A DNA stretch of 64,000 bases from NCBI GenBank assembly GCA_048939995.1, contig JBHLOY010000002.1:369402-433401 (forward strand), given 5' to 3'. Both the position numbers and the translations under genes were made by a program. The notes under the pieces were generated by a model, which was given only the letters and a program-made list of their open reading frames with translations, was not told the DNA's origin and made no database searches. Below, one piece after another: positions 48,805 through 56,761 of this stretch (its first letter is position 1; each line of letters starts with the position of its first letter). The stretch is from Promethearchaeota archaeon. Lineage in GTDB: Archaea > Asgardarchaeota > Lokiarchaeia > Sigyniarchaeales > SOKP01.

Positions 48805-49368
48805 ATGCAATTAGATAATATTGATAAACAAATACTAAACGCCTTATTCAAAAATGGACGAGAAAGCTTAACTAGTTTAGAGAAAATAATAATTAAATCT
48901 GATACAGAAACTATGAGTCATACTGGTATTGCTAAAAGGATAACAAAATTAGAAGATAATGATCTTATTAAAGTTCAAGCTAATACTAATTTAAATAAAC
49001 TCCAATATAAAGGCCTATTTTTGTTAATGGAAATGGTTAATTTTGAGGAAGTTCAAAATATTATTAAAGCATACAGCGATTGCCCTAGAGTATTTTTAAT
49101 GGCGCCTGTAACTGGACAATACAATTTAATTTTAGGTGTCGTAGGGCAAAATCTTGATATTTTACACCGATATTTAAATTATTGTGGTCCCACGAATAAA
49201 AAAGGGATTTTGCATTCTGCTGTGATGTTTACTACAGATCTTATTAAACCAAAATATGTTCCCATTGACTTATTCAGCCAAGAAAGCCATGAGATTGATT
49301 GTGGGAATGTGTGTAAAAATTGTGCTGCTTATCTTGATGGAAAATGTAATGGTTGCGGAAATTTTTAA
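48805..49368 (+). CDS. Lrp/AsnC-like transcriptional regulator with C-terminal Cys-rich tail
   Basis: N-terminal LDNIDKQILNALFKNGRESLTSL HTH pattern, a RAM-like middle region, and the tail CGNVCKNCAAYLDGKCNGCGNF. Confidence 0.6.
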   Translation: MQLDNIDKQILNALFKNGRESLTSLEKIIIKSDTETMSHTGIAKRITKLEDNDLIKVQANTNLNKLQYKGLFLLMEMVNFEEVQNIIKAYSDCPRVFLMAPVTGQYNLILGVVGQNLDILHRYLNYCGPTNKKGILHSAVMFTTDLIKPKYVPIDLFSQESHEIDCGNVCKNCAAYLDGKCNGCGNF

Positions 49369-49574
49369 AATTATGCAAAAGCTAAAAAATCAACTTTAAA
49401 TTTGCAAATAATTCTCTATTACAATTTTATAAAAGTTACATTTTGAAACTTATGTCTAAGACAATTTCAATATAACAAAAATTTTTTAATAACATACACC
49501 ATAAAGTTAAACATTGAATTTTTTTAAAAAATAATTCGATAATTTATTAAAAATAATAATAAGATGAAGAAAAA

Positions 49575-50888
49575 ATGGCAGTAAAAGTCGCATTTTACCA
49601 ATGTTCAGATTGCTGGGGCTGTCATCAATCCTTAATAAACGCTCATCTAGGGTTGTTGCCAGTATTACCAGCACTAGATATTGTGTACTGGCCGGCAGTG
49701 ATTGATATGAAATATGATTCTTTAAAATCTAGACCAGACGGAGATATCTTAGTAGGTTTCATTGAAGGAAGTCTTAGAACAAATGATGACGTAGAAAGTG
49801 CTAAATTAATGAGGGCTAAATGCAAACTTATCATATCATTTGGTTCTTGTGCATGTTATGGTAATGTACATGGATTAGCAAATCAATGGGATATCCAAGA
49901 GTTAATTAATCGGAAATTTGGTGAAGTGGAAAGCATTACTAATGAATCACCACATGAACCAAAAGAACATGTCCCTGGGTTCGCCGCTAAAATTGTACCG
50001 TTAGATGAAATTATTCAGGTTGATGCGTATATTTCAGGATGCCCACCTAAACCAGAAGCTATTATTAGTGCAGTACAGTTCCTACTTGGTCAAAAGCCAT
50101 TCCCTTCCAATGAAATACCATTCTGTAATGATTGTGCTATAAAAAATGAATGTCTATTAGATTCAGGAACGCTATGTTTTGGACCAATTACTAGTACCGG
50201 ATGTAATTTAAAGTGTACTAGTGACAGAAACCCATGTGTAGGTTGTTATGGACCATCTAAAACGATAGATATGAGAGCAGAAAAATTAAATACAATGACA
50301 AAAAGTCTATATACACCCAATACAGGAGATAAAAAAAGTTTTCATGAATTTTTAACGCTATTTCTAAATATCCCATTAATGGCAGGTTTTGATCTTTCTG
50401 GAGATCTTTTAAAGCAGATCAAGAAACGAGGATTTGTTCAATCCCCATTAGCAAATTTACCTTCAACTACGGAAGAAATTGCATCTAATTTAATGAAATA
50501 TATGGCTAATAATCCAGATTTTCACGAGATCTCGAATGTGTGTGATACATGTCCTAGAATTATTGGTAGTAAATCAACAATGACAAAAGTAAAAAGAGAT
50601 TATGAAGGACTCCCTAATATGGAAGATTGCTTCATTGAACAAGGATACATTTGTATGGGACCTGTGACTAAAGCTGGTTGCGGTGGTTTATGCATAAAGG
50701 TTAACGCACCTTGTACTGGTTGCTTTGGGCAGACCAAATGGGGTGTTAATCAAGCAGAGAGATTTGCTGATACTGTAATTAAGGGTTTCAATGTGAGTTT
50801 ATCTAAAGAAGAGCTACTTGCTCAGGTAAAAGATCATATTGGTACTTTTGAAAAATTTACATTTGCATCAAGAAAAGGAGGTATATAA
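49575..50888 (+). CDS. Group 3 [NiFe]-hydrogenase small subunit (MvhG/VhuG-like), extended form
   Basis: Carries CWGC, GSCACYG and SGCPP proximal-cluster ligands plus two further Cys-rich modules. It lies directly upstream of the large subunit. Confidence 0.85.
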   Translation: MAVKVAFYQCSDCWGCHQSLINAHLGLLPVLPALDIVYWPAVIDMKYDSLKSRPDGDILVGFIEGSLRTNDDVESAKLMRAKCKLIISFGSCACYGNVHGLANQWDIQELINRKFGEVESITNESPHEPKEHVPGFAAKIVPLDEIIQVDAYISGCPPKPEAIISAVQFLLGQKPFPSNEIPFCNDCAIKNECLLDSGTLCFGPITSTGCNLKCTSDRNPCVGCYGPSKTIDMRAEKLNTMTKSLYTPNTGDKKSFHEFLTLFLNIPLMAGFDLSGDLLKQIKKRGFVQSPLANLPSTTEEIASNLMKYMANNPDFHEISNVCDTCPRIIGSKSTMTKVKRDYEGLPNMEDCFIEQGYICMGPVTKAGCGGLCIKVNAPCTGCFGQTKWGVNQAERFADTVIKGFNVSLSKEELLAQVKDHIGTFEKFTFASRKGGI

Positions 50889-50891
50889 AAT

Positions 50892-52196
50892 ATGACAAAA
50901 GAAATAGATGTAGAGCCTGTAACTCGATTAGAAGGGCATGGAGGGTTGCGATTGGTTTTAGGAGATGATGGAACAGTACAAGATGTGCAATTTAACATCA
51001 CATCGACAAGATTTTTTGAGAAATTTTTAGAAGGTCGTTACTGCGAGCATATAAACCGGATTACGCCTCGGATTTGTGGAATTTGTCCCATTCCTCATCA
51101 TTTATCACCAACGAAAGCTGTAGAAGATGCTTGGGGTGTTGAAATTCCCACACCAGCCTTAAAATTACGAAAGTTGCTCATTAATGCAAAGCAATACTCC
51201 TCTCATGCTTTACATTTCTATGCATTGGCAGCACCAGATTTCTTATTAGGACCTATGGCAGATCCTGCATTAAGAAATGTGGTTCATGTAATCAATAAAA
51301 TGCCAGATGTTGGAGCTATGGCTCTAAAAATGATGGATTTTGGTCAAAAATTATGCGCGGCTATTGGGGGTAAGTCTGTGCATCCTATTTCAGCTATTGT
51401 TGGTGGGATGAAAAAAGCAATGGATGAAGATGCTCGAGATTTATTCTTAAAGCAAATTGGAGATCAAGTTGAATGGACGAAAAAGACAGTAGATATCGGA
51501 TTGAAAGTTGTCGAGGATTACTGGGATGTTGTTGCAAACGTAGGAGTTGTACCTACATACTATGCTGGGATGACTAAAAATGGAGTTCATGATATTTATG
51601 AAGGAGATCTTAGGATTGTATCTCCTGATGGACAGAAATTTGATTATCCGCCTCAAAAATATTTAGAGGTATTAGGTGAATATATTCCTGAACATTCATA
51701 TGCTACCCATATGTATTACAAGCCTGCTGGATACCCTGAAGGGATTTATCGGGCGAATACATTGGCTATGATTAATGCCGCTGATAGAATGGCAACTCCT
51801 TTAGCTGATGAAGCATTAAGGGCAATGAGAGATAAGGTTGGTGCTATTTCGCATCACACATTTGCTTATCATTGGGCAAGATTAATTGAATTAGTAGAAT
51901 CTATTGAGATGATTGCTACATTACTTCAAGATCCAGATATACTCAATCCAGATTGTAAAACATTAGATGTACAACCTAGAGAGGCTGACGGAGTCGGTTT
52001 AGTAGAAGCACCTCGTGGTCTATTACTATATCATATTTGGTCAGATGCTGATGGTCTATGTAAAAAGGCTAACCTTTTAGTAGCTACCAATCATAATATT
52101 GCAGGAATTGAAAAAACTTTAAAATTCGTAGCGAAGCAAGTATTTGAACAAAACGCTTTGGCCGGATTAAAATTACCAGACCCTTGGATAAAATAA
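50892..52196 (+). CDS. vhuA: [NiFe(Se)]-hydrogenase large subunit lacking the C-terminal Ni-ligand motif (VhuA-like)
   Basis: N-terminal RLEGHG and RICGICPIPHH motifs. The ORF ends ..LKLPDPWIK without any DPCxxCxxH motif. Confidence 0.9.
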   Translation: MTKEIDVEPVTRLEGHGGLRLVLGDDGTVQDVQFNITSTRFFEKFLEGRYCEHINRITPRICGICPIPHHLSPTKAVEDAWGVEIPTPALKLRKLLINAKQYSSHALHFYALAAPDFLLGPMADPALRNVVHVINKMPDVGAMALKMMDFGQKLCAAIGGKSVHPISAIVGGMKKAMDEDARDLFLKQIGDQVEWTKKTVDIGLKVVEDYWDVVANVGVVPTYYAGMTKNGVHDIYEGDLRIVSPDGQKFDYPPQKYLEVLGEYIPEHSYATHMYYKPAGYPEGIYRANTLAMINAADRMATPLADEALRAMRDKVGAISHHTFAYHWARLIELVESIEMIATLLQDPDILNPDCKTLDVQPREADGVGLVEAPRGLLLYHIWSDADGLCKKANLLVATNHNIAGIEKTLKFVAKQVFEQNALAGLKLPDPWIK

Positions 52197-52228
52197 AATT
52201 AAAAAGATATAAAGGCGATATAAAAGAA

Positions 52229-52381
52229 ATGAGTGAAGAAATACCAGAAGGAGTAGTAAATCTTTTAGAAATGGTAGTTCGCTGTTTTGATTGCTGACTA
52301 TCGTGTGCCGCACACATCACCGTTGTTGATGAAAAAGGCTCTGAGATTTACTCTCGCGAGTTAAATGTTGGCTTAGGATGA
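52229..52381 (+). CDS. vhuU: VhuU-like selenopeptide: separately encoded C-terminal Ni-ligand segment of the large subunit, Sec codon TGA at 52295..52297
   Basis: Own translation: MSEEIPEGVVNLLEMVVRCFDC-U-LSCAAHITVVDEKGSEIYSRELNVGLG. It aligns with the E-M-V-I-R-x-Y-D-P-C-L-S-C-A-T-H large-subunit C-terminus, and the TGA falls at the first Cys position. Confidence 0.8.
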
Positions 52382-52438
52382 ATATCCAATATAAACAATA
52401 GATTGGATACAACTGCCCATGCACGGGTTAAAGCCAAC
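52367..52438 (+). ncRNA. Candidate SECIS-like stem-loop overlapping the vhuU stop codon and 3' UTR
   Basis: Outer stem GTTGGCTT (52367..52374) pairs with AAGCCAAC (52431..52438). Inner stem TATCCAAT (52383..52390) pairs with ATTGGATA (52402..52409), enclosing an 11-nt loop. A GAA lies 5' of the inner stem. This is the only GC-enriched patch in the spacer. Confidence 0.3.
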
Positions 52439-52475
52439 CAAAATATAAAATAAAAAAGAAAGAAGAAACGGAATA

Positions 52476-53003
52476 GTGAAAAAAATGACTATAAATTTTG
52501 AATTTAGAAAGCAAGTTATGGATTACCATATAGGGTCTGATTTAATAAAATATTGTTACCAATGTAGCAGATGTGCTGATAACTGTCCAGTCACCAAAGT
52601 GACAACAGATTTCTATTCGACAACGGGGTATAATCCACGTAGTAATATCCTAAATGCTCTATTGGGGTATAAGGATGTTATATTTTCAGCTGATCCCTTA
52701 ACTATTTGGGGATGTACTGTATGTGACACTTGTGACGAAGTTTGTCCTCAGAAAATTGAGCTTACTGAAATCTTTACATTCTTAAAAAATGAATCGGTAG
52801 AGCAAGGTAAAGCTCCTGAACATATATATGCTCAAGCACAAACAATCTTTGAAAATGCTAAAGCAATTCCACCACAACCTGCAATTGAGAGAAGAAGAGA
52901 ACAATTAGGATTACCTACAATAATAACACCAGACATAAATGAGCTCCAAACATTATTAAGAAATATAGGAGCAGATAAAAAACTTACTAAGAGGGAGGAT
53001 TAA
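52476..53003 (+). CDS. hdrC: Heterodisulfide reductase subunit C (second copy)
   Basis: Contains CYQCSRCADNCP and CTVCDTCDEVCP. The ATG at 52485 is a possible start. Confidence 0.85.
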   Translation: MKKMTINFEFRKQVMDYHIGSDLIKYCYQCSRCADNCPVTKVTTDFYSTTGYNPRSNILNALLGYKDVIFSADPLTIWGCTVCDTCDEVCPQKIELTEIFTFLKNESVEQGKAPEHIYAQAQTIFENAKAIPPQPAIERRREQLGLPTIITPDINELQTLLRNIGADKKLTKRED

Positions 53004-53861
53004 ATGACAGAATATAAGATGTTTGAAGGTTGTACTATAGGGAATCGTATTCCCTTTATAGAAGCTGCTTCGAGAAAAGTGTTTCAAAAAGTAGGAATTG
53101 AAACTTCTGAGGCGCCATTTAGTTGCTGTCCAGATCCCACAGGGATGAAAAGTTTTGATAATGATTCATGGTTAGTTATTGGAGCTCGAAACCTTAGTCT
53201 TGCTGAAGCTGAAGGTAAGAATATTATATCTTTATGTAATGGATGCGCGAATACTCTCAGAGGAGTACAACATCAATTGAAACATGATTCCTTAAAACGA
53301 CAAAAAGTTAATAAACAGTTAGCTAAAATTGGTAAAAGTTATCATGGTAACATAGATATAAAGCATTTTGTTGATGTATTAAAAGATAATCTTGATAAAG
53401 TTAGAGAATCAATTACAAAACCATTAAGCGGGTTAAAAGTAGCTGTTCATCCTGGTTGTCATTACATGAGACCAGCAGAGTGGATGGAGAATGATGATCC
53501 AATGCATCCGCAAAACCTAAAGAAAGTAGTTGCTGCTACTGGTGCAACTGTTGTAGATTATGAAGAGTTAGCTTTATGCTGTGGTTCAGCTGTTACTAAT
53601 GCTTACGAAGAGCATGGTTTAGCAAATCTAAAAATTAAAATGGATAGTATTAAAAAAGCTGGAGCAGATGTAATTTGTGTTAATTGTCCTTCGTGTTTTC
53701 AGCAATTTGATACCCGTCAAAGAGATTTAGGTAAAAAATATGAATCTGAGTACGATATACCAGTGTTATATATAACTGAATTGTTAGCTTTAGCAATGGG
53801 AATCACTCCTGAAGAAATAGGGCTTAAGTTTCATAGAACTCGAATGAAGACCCAAATATAG
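53004..53861 (+). CDS. hdrB: Heterodisulfide reductase subunit B (second copy)
   Basis: CCG-domain motifs FSCCPDP, LCCGSA and CPSCFQQ. Colinear with 29039..29995. Confidence 0.9.
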   Translation: MTEYKMFEGCTIGNRIPFIEAASRKVFQKVGIETSEAPFSCCPDPTGMKSFDNDSWLVIGARNLSLAEAEGKNIISLCNGCANTLRGVQHQLKHDSLKRQKVNKQLAKIGKSYHGNIDIKHFVDVLKDNLDKVRESITKPLSGLKVAVHPGCHYMRPAEWMENDDPMHPQNLKKVVAATGATVVDYEELALCCGSAVTNAYEEHGLANLKIKMDSIKKAGADVICVNCPSCFQQFDTRQRDLGKKYESEYDIPVLYITELLALAMGITPEEIGLKFHRTRMKTQI

Positions 53862-54040
53862 TTGATTTAAACATTTTTATAATATTTTTTTTTATTGTCT
53901 CATTTTTCTGCGATGAACTCATTGCTGTAAAATTTAAATAACAAGAAATTCAAAATATTTATATTAATAAAATATACTAATACGTTAAGAAGGGTATAGA
54001 AAATTCCTTAATTTTAACTAGATCAAAATAGGTATAAAGA

Positions 54041-54829
54041 ATGACTCCAACTAATTTAGTGCGCCAACCACCATGGTTTTTTCCATATATTGAAAATTAT
54101 TCTCACATTTTATTGGATATCAAATTTCTTAAGTGTGAAGGCATTAGTGAGAAATTAGATTTCTTAATAGAAACGGATCTTAGAGGTTTTGAAGGATTAT
54201 TATTTTATATATATAAACCAAATCATAATATCATAAAATTCGATATAATTAACCATAAAGAGGATTCTATTCATAAATTAGAGAATTTATTTTACGAGAT
54301 TAAAAAGGGTACCTCTATTCAAGGATTGGATTTTATTTTTATACCTTTTGGGCATTTTACCGAAGATAACAAATTTACACCAAAAATTAAGGCACGATAT
54401 GCAGAAATTACATATCAAGTATTTACTTGGTCTCCATCTTTATTATTTAAGAAAGTTAAATCCATTATCAAGATCGATAACAAATACAATGAATTAATCC
54501 CAATTGATGATGTTCAAGGATATTATTATAATTTAGATATTTCATTTAAGGGAAACAAAACTGAATATTTATTTAACTTAATAAATCTTCTATGTAGTTT
54601 CGACAATTCTCCTCAGTATGAATCAATCGTTAATGAAATCAAGTCATTAATATCGAAAACAAATGAATTTTTGTTTGAACTCTCGATGTCAGACATTCCT
54701 ATTGAGATGCAAAATCTATTAAAAGAATTAGAACGGTTGAAATTTAATATTGACAATCTTAATAAAGAAGAGATATTTAATTGGCTTGATGATTTAATTG
54801 ATTTTTACTCAAGGCGGACTCAAAAATAA
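54041..54829 (+). CDS. Hypothetical protein
   Basis: 262-aa ORF with no recognisable motif. Confidence 0.4.
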   Translation: MTPTNLVRQPPWFFPYIENYSHILLDIKFLKCEGISEKLDFLIETDLRGFEGLLFYIYKPNHNIIKFDIINHKEDSIHKLENLFYEIKKGTSIQGLDFIFIPFGHFTEDNKFTPKIKARYAEITYQVFTWSPSLLFKKVKSIIKIDNKYNELIPIDDVQGYYYNLDISFKGNKTEYLFNLINLLCSFDNSPQYESIVNEIKSLISKTNEFLFELSMSDIPIEMQNLLKELERLKFNIDNLNKEEIFNWLDDLIDFYSRRTQK

Positions 54830-54900
54830 TTAATAACCGCAATTTTTTTTTAAAAGAAACCATTACACCCCTTAAGAAGAAAATTTTTTATTTCATTGTT

Positions 54901-55149
54901 ATGTGTCTAGCAATTCCTGGAAAAATAATAAAATTCAATGAAGATAGAACAACTGCACAAGTCGATTTTGATGGAATAATTCAAAGTGTAGTTATAGCCT
55001 TAATTTCAGATCCTAAAGTTGGAAATTATGTGATCGTACATGCAGGATATGCGATCGAACAAATGAATGAAAATGAAGCTTTAGAAGCAATTGAACAATG
55101 GAAAGAAATAGCTGAGGATCAGGATTTAAATCTATCTGATATGTTATAA
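54901..55149 (+). CDS. hypC: Hydrogenase maturation chaperone HypC
   Basis: N-terminal MCLAIPGKI and an 82-aa OB-fold size. Confidence 0.9.
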   Translation: MCLAIPGKIIKFNEDRTTAQVDFDGIIQSVVIALISDPKVGNYVIVHAGYAIEQMNENEALEAIEQWKEIAEDQDLNLSDML

Positions 55150-55177
55150 TTATCTTTTTCTTAAAAAAATTTAACTT

Positions 55178-55366
55178 CTATTTTGATTTTCGGCTCTTCT
55201 TATCTATGGAATTAACGACGAGATATTGAGCATTAGAGAATATAGAGATACCAATAAAGATTATTATGATAATGTTCAGTATAGTATTATTGTTTCCTAA
55301 AGTTTCTAATGCTAAAGCTATACAAAGAGAAATCATACCTAATACAATTAAATTTTCCTTTTTCAT
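55178..55366 (-). CDS. Small membrane protein
   Basis: 62 aa with two hydrophobic helices. Confidence 0.3.
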   Translation of the reverse strand: MKKENLIVLGMISLCIALALETLGNNNTILNIIIIIFIGISIFSNAQYLVVNSIDKKSRKSK

Positions 55367-55466
55367 ATCTAACTTAATCTCCTCTCTATTTCTATTAATA
55401 TTATGGATTTCTCCAATAAAACTACTTTAAATTAGATATAAAAAGCTTTTCTATATAGATTGTAGT

Positions 55467-56270
55467 TTATAAATCAAATAATTCTTCTTTTAATTTTTTC
55501 AACTTCCTATAGAGGATATTTATTGAATTAATTGCATCAGAGTTTGAGTTAAAATCGAGAGGTGAAATTCCATTTAGATCTGCTTTCCCAATCTCTGAAT
55601 CAAATGGAATGGTGTGATAAAGAGGAATCTCCCAATTATCAATTATTCTGCGGATAGTATCGATTTGAGTATCATCTATAACTTTATTAGCTATTAAATA
55701 AATGTTTATAACACCCAATTTTTTTGATAGGCTAATAATTTTAGAACATAAATCTAATGATTTTTGCGAAGGTTCAGTTATGACTAACATTACATCAATC
55801 CCTTTTGCTGTGCCTCTCCCTAAATGTTCCAAACCCGCCTCAAAGTCAACAATAATAACCTCATCTCGTTTAACAAATAGATTGTAGAGTAATGTCCTAA
55901 TTAAAGCATTTTCAGGACATAGACATCCAGTAGCGGGTTCTTCGATACCTCCCAAAACTAATAATTGTAAGCCATCTGGACCAGAAACTTTAAACCTATC
56001 TGGTATGTCAGAAACTTCGGGATTAATATTATAAACTCCAGGACCTGCTCCGGGAACAATGGTTCGTTCTTCTATCATTTGTTTCATTTCAGAGATCGGC
56101 ACGATGTTCTTTTTAGTCTCTAAATCTATCCCTAATGTCATTGATAAATTCATCGCTGAATCATTATCAATTGCTAAAACTTTATACCCGTCTTTTGCAA
56201 ATAACCGTGCCAGGGTTCCCGCAACTAAAGTCTTTCCTACTCCTCCTTTTCCAGAAACTGCGATCTTCAT
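55467..56270 (-). CDS. cooC: CooC-type MinD/ParA-family ATPase (nickel-insertion accessory protein family)
   Basis: Deviant Walker A GKGGVGKT plus the CooC-specific C-x-C motif (ATGCLCPEN). Confidence 0.75.
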   Translation of the reverse strand: MKIAVSGKGGVGKTLVAGTLARLFAKDGYKVLAIDNDSAMNLSMTLGIDLETKKNIVPISEMKQMIEERTIVPGAGPGVYNINPEVSDIPDRFKVSGPDGLQLLVLGGIEEPATGCLCPENALIRTLLYNLFVKRDEVIIVDFEAGLEHLGRGTAKGIDVMLVITEPSQKSLDLCSKIISLSKKLGVINIYLIANKVIDDTQIDTIRRIIDNWEIPLYHTIPFDSEIGKADLNGISPLDFNSNSDAINSINILYRKLKKLKEELFDL

Positions 56271-56387
56271 TTGATTTAATAATTGAATGAGTAATATTAA
56301 ATATTTAGTTTACAATTTTTAAAGAAAAACTAAATTCATTCTAAATATTAATAAGAATTTTCTATGTTCATTTATAAGATATTAAAT

Positions 56388-56648
56388 TTAATCGTTTCTA
56401 CCCATAGACTGCATACGCTTAGAGATTTTTACCATCTTGTTAAAAATTCTATCATTTTCCGAGGGATCTTTGCATGCTACTAATTTATCATTCAAAAGTT
56501 TGATCTCATAGGTTAGATCTATAAATTCTTTTGGAGGATTTAATTGATAGTAAAATTTTTTATTTCCATCTTGAGTCAATTCAATATAAACCCATTTTTC
56601 ATCCATTTGAGACCAATTCCATCTATTTGGAGTTAATTGTCTAACCAT
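56388..56648 (-). CDS. Hypothetical protein
   Basis: 86-aa ORF between the coiled-coil gene and cooC. Confidence 0.35.
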   Translation of the reverse strand: MVRQLTPNRWNWSQMDEKWVYIELTQDGNKKFYYQLNPPKEFIDLTYEIKLLNDKLVACKDPSENDRIFNKMVKISKRMQSMGRND

Positions 56649-56761
56649 AATTCACTTTAACTATTTTGTAGATTTGAAGGACAAACACCTGTTATTGTTT
56701 CTATTACATGAAAAACAGTATTTAATTCTTTTATTAAAAATATATTAACAGGTTATTATAA

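Noticed and set aside
49575-49650. CXXCH pattern (CWGCH) in both hydrogenase small subunits (also near 27770), as possible haem c sites for the ccm system
   Set aside because: These Cys residues are the proximal Fe-S cluster ligands of cytoplasmic NuoB-like small subunits with no signal peptide. The match to the haem motif is coincidental.
52084-52320. 78-aa minus-strand ORF overlapping the end of the large subunit and vhuU
   Set aside because: It lies antisense to two well-supported plus-strand coding regions and its sequence is low-complexity. The plus-strand VhuU reading explains the region much better.
52375-52412. Eukaryote-like SECIS kink-turn (AUGA ... GA) in the vhuU 3' element
   Set aside because: AUGA is present on the 5' side (52378..52381), but the 3' strand after the inner stem reads CAAC with no GA. 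Only a loose archaeal GAA_A-type reading is tenable.
53880-53925. Small hairpin GCGATGA-AC-TCATTGC downstream of hdrB, as an alternative SECIS
   Set aside because: The loop is only 2-3 nt, the stem is short, and there is no internal loop. It does not resemble either SECIS class.
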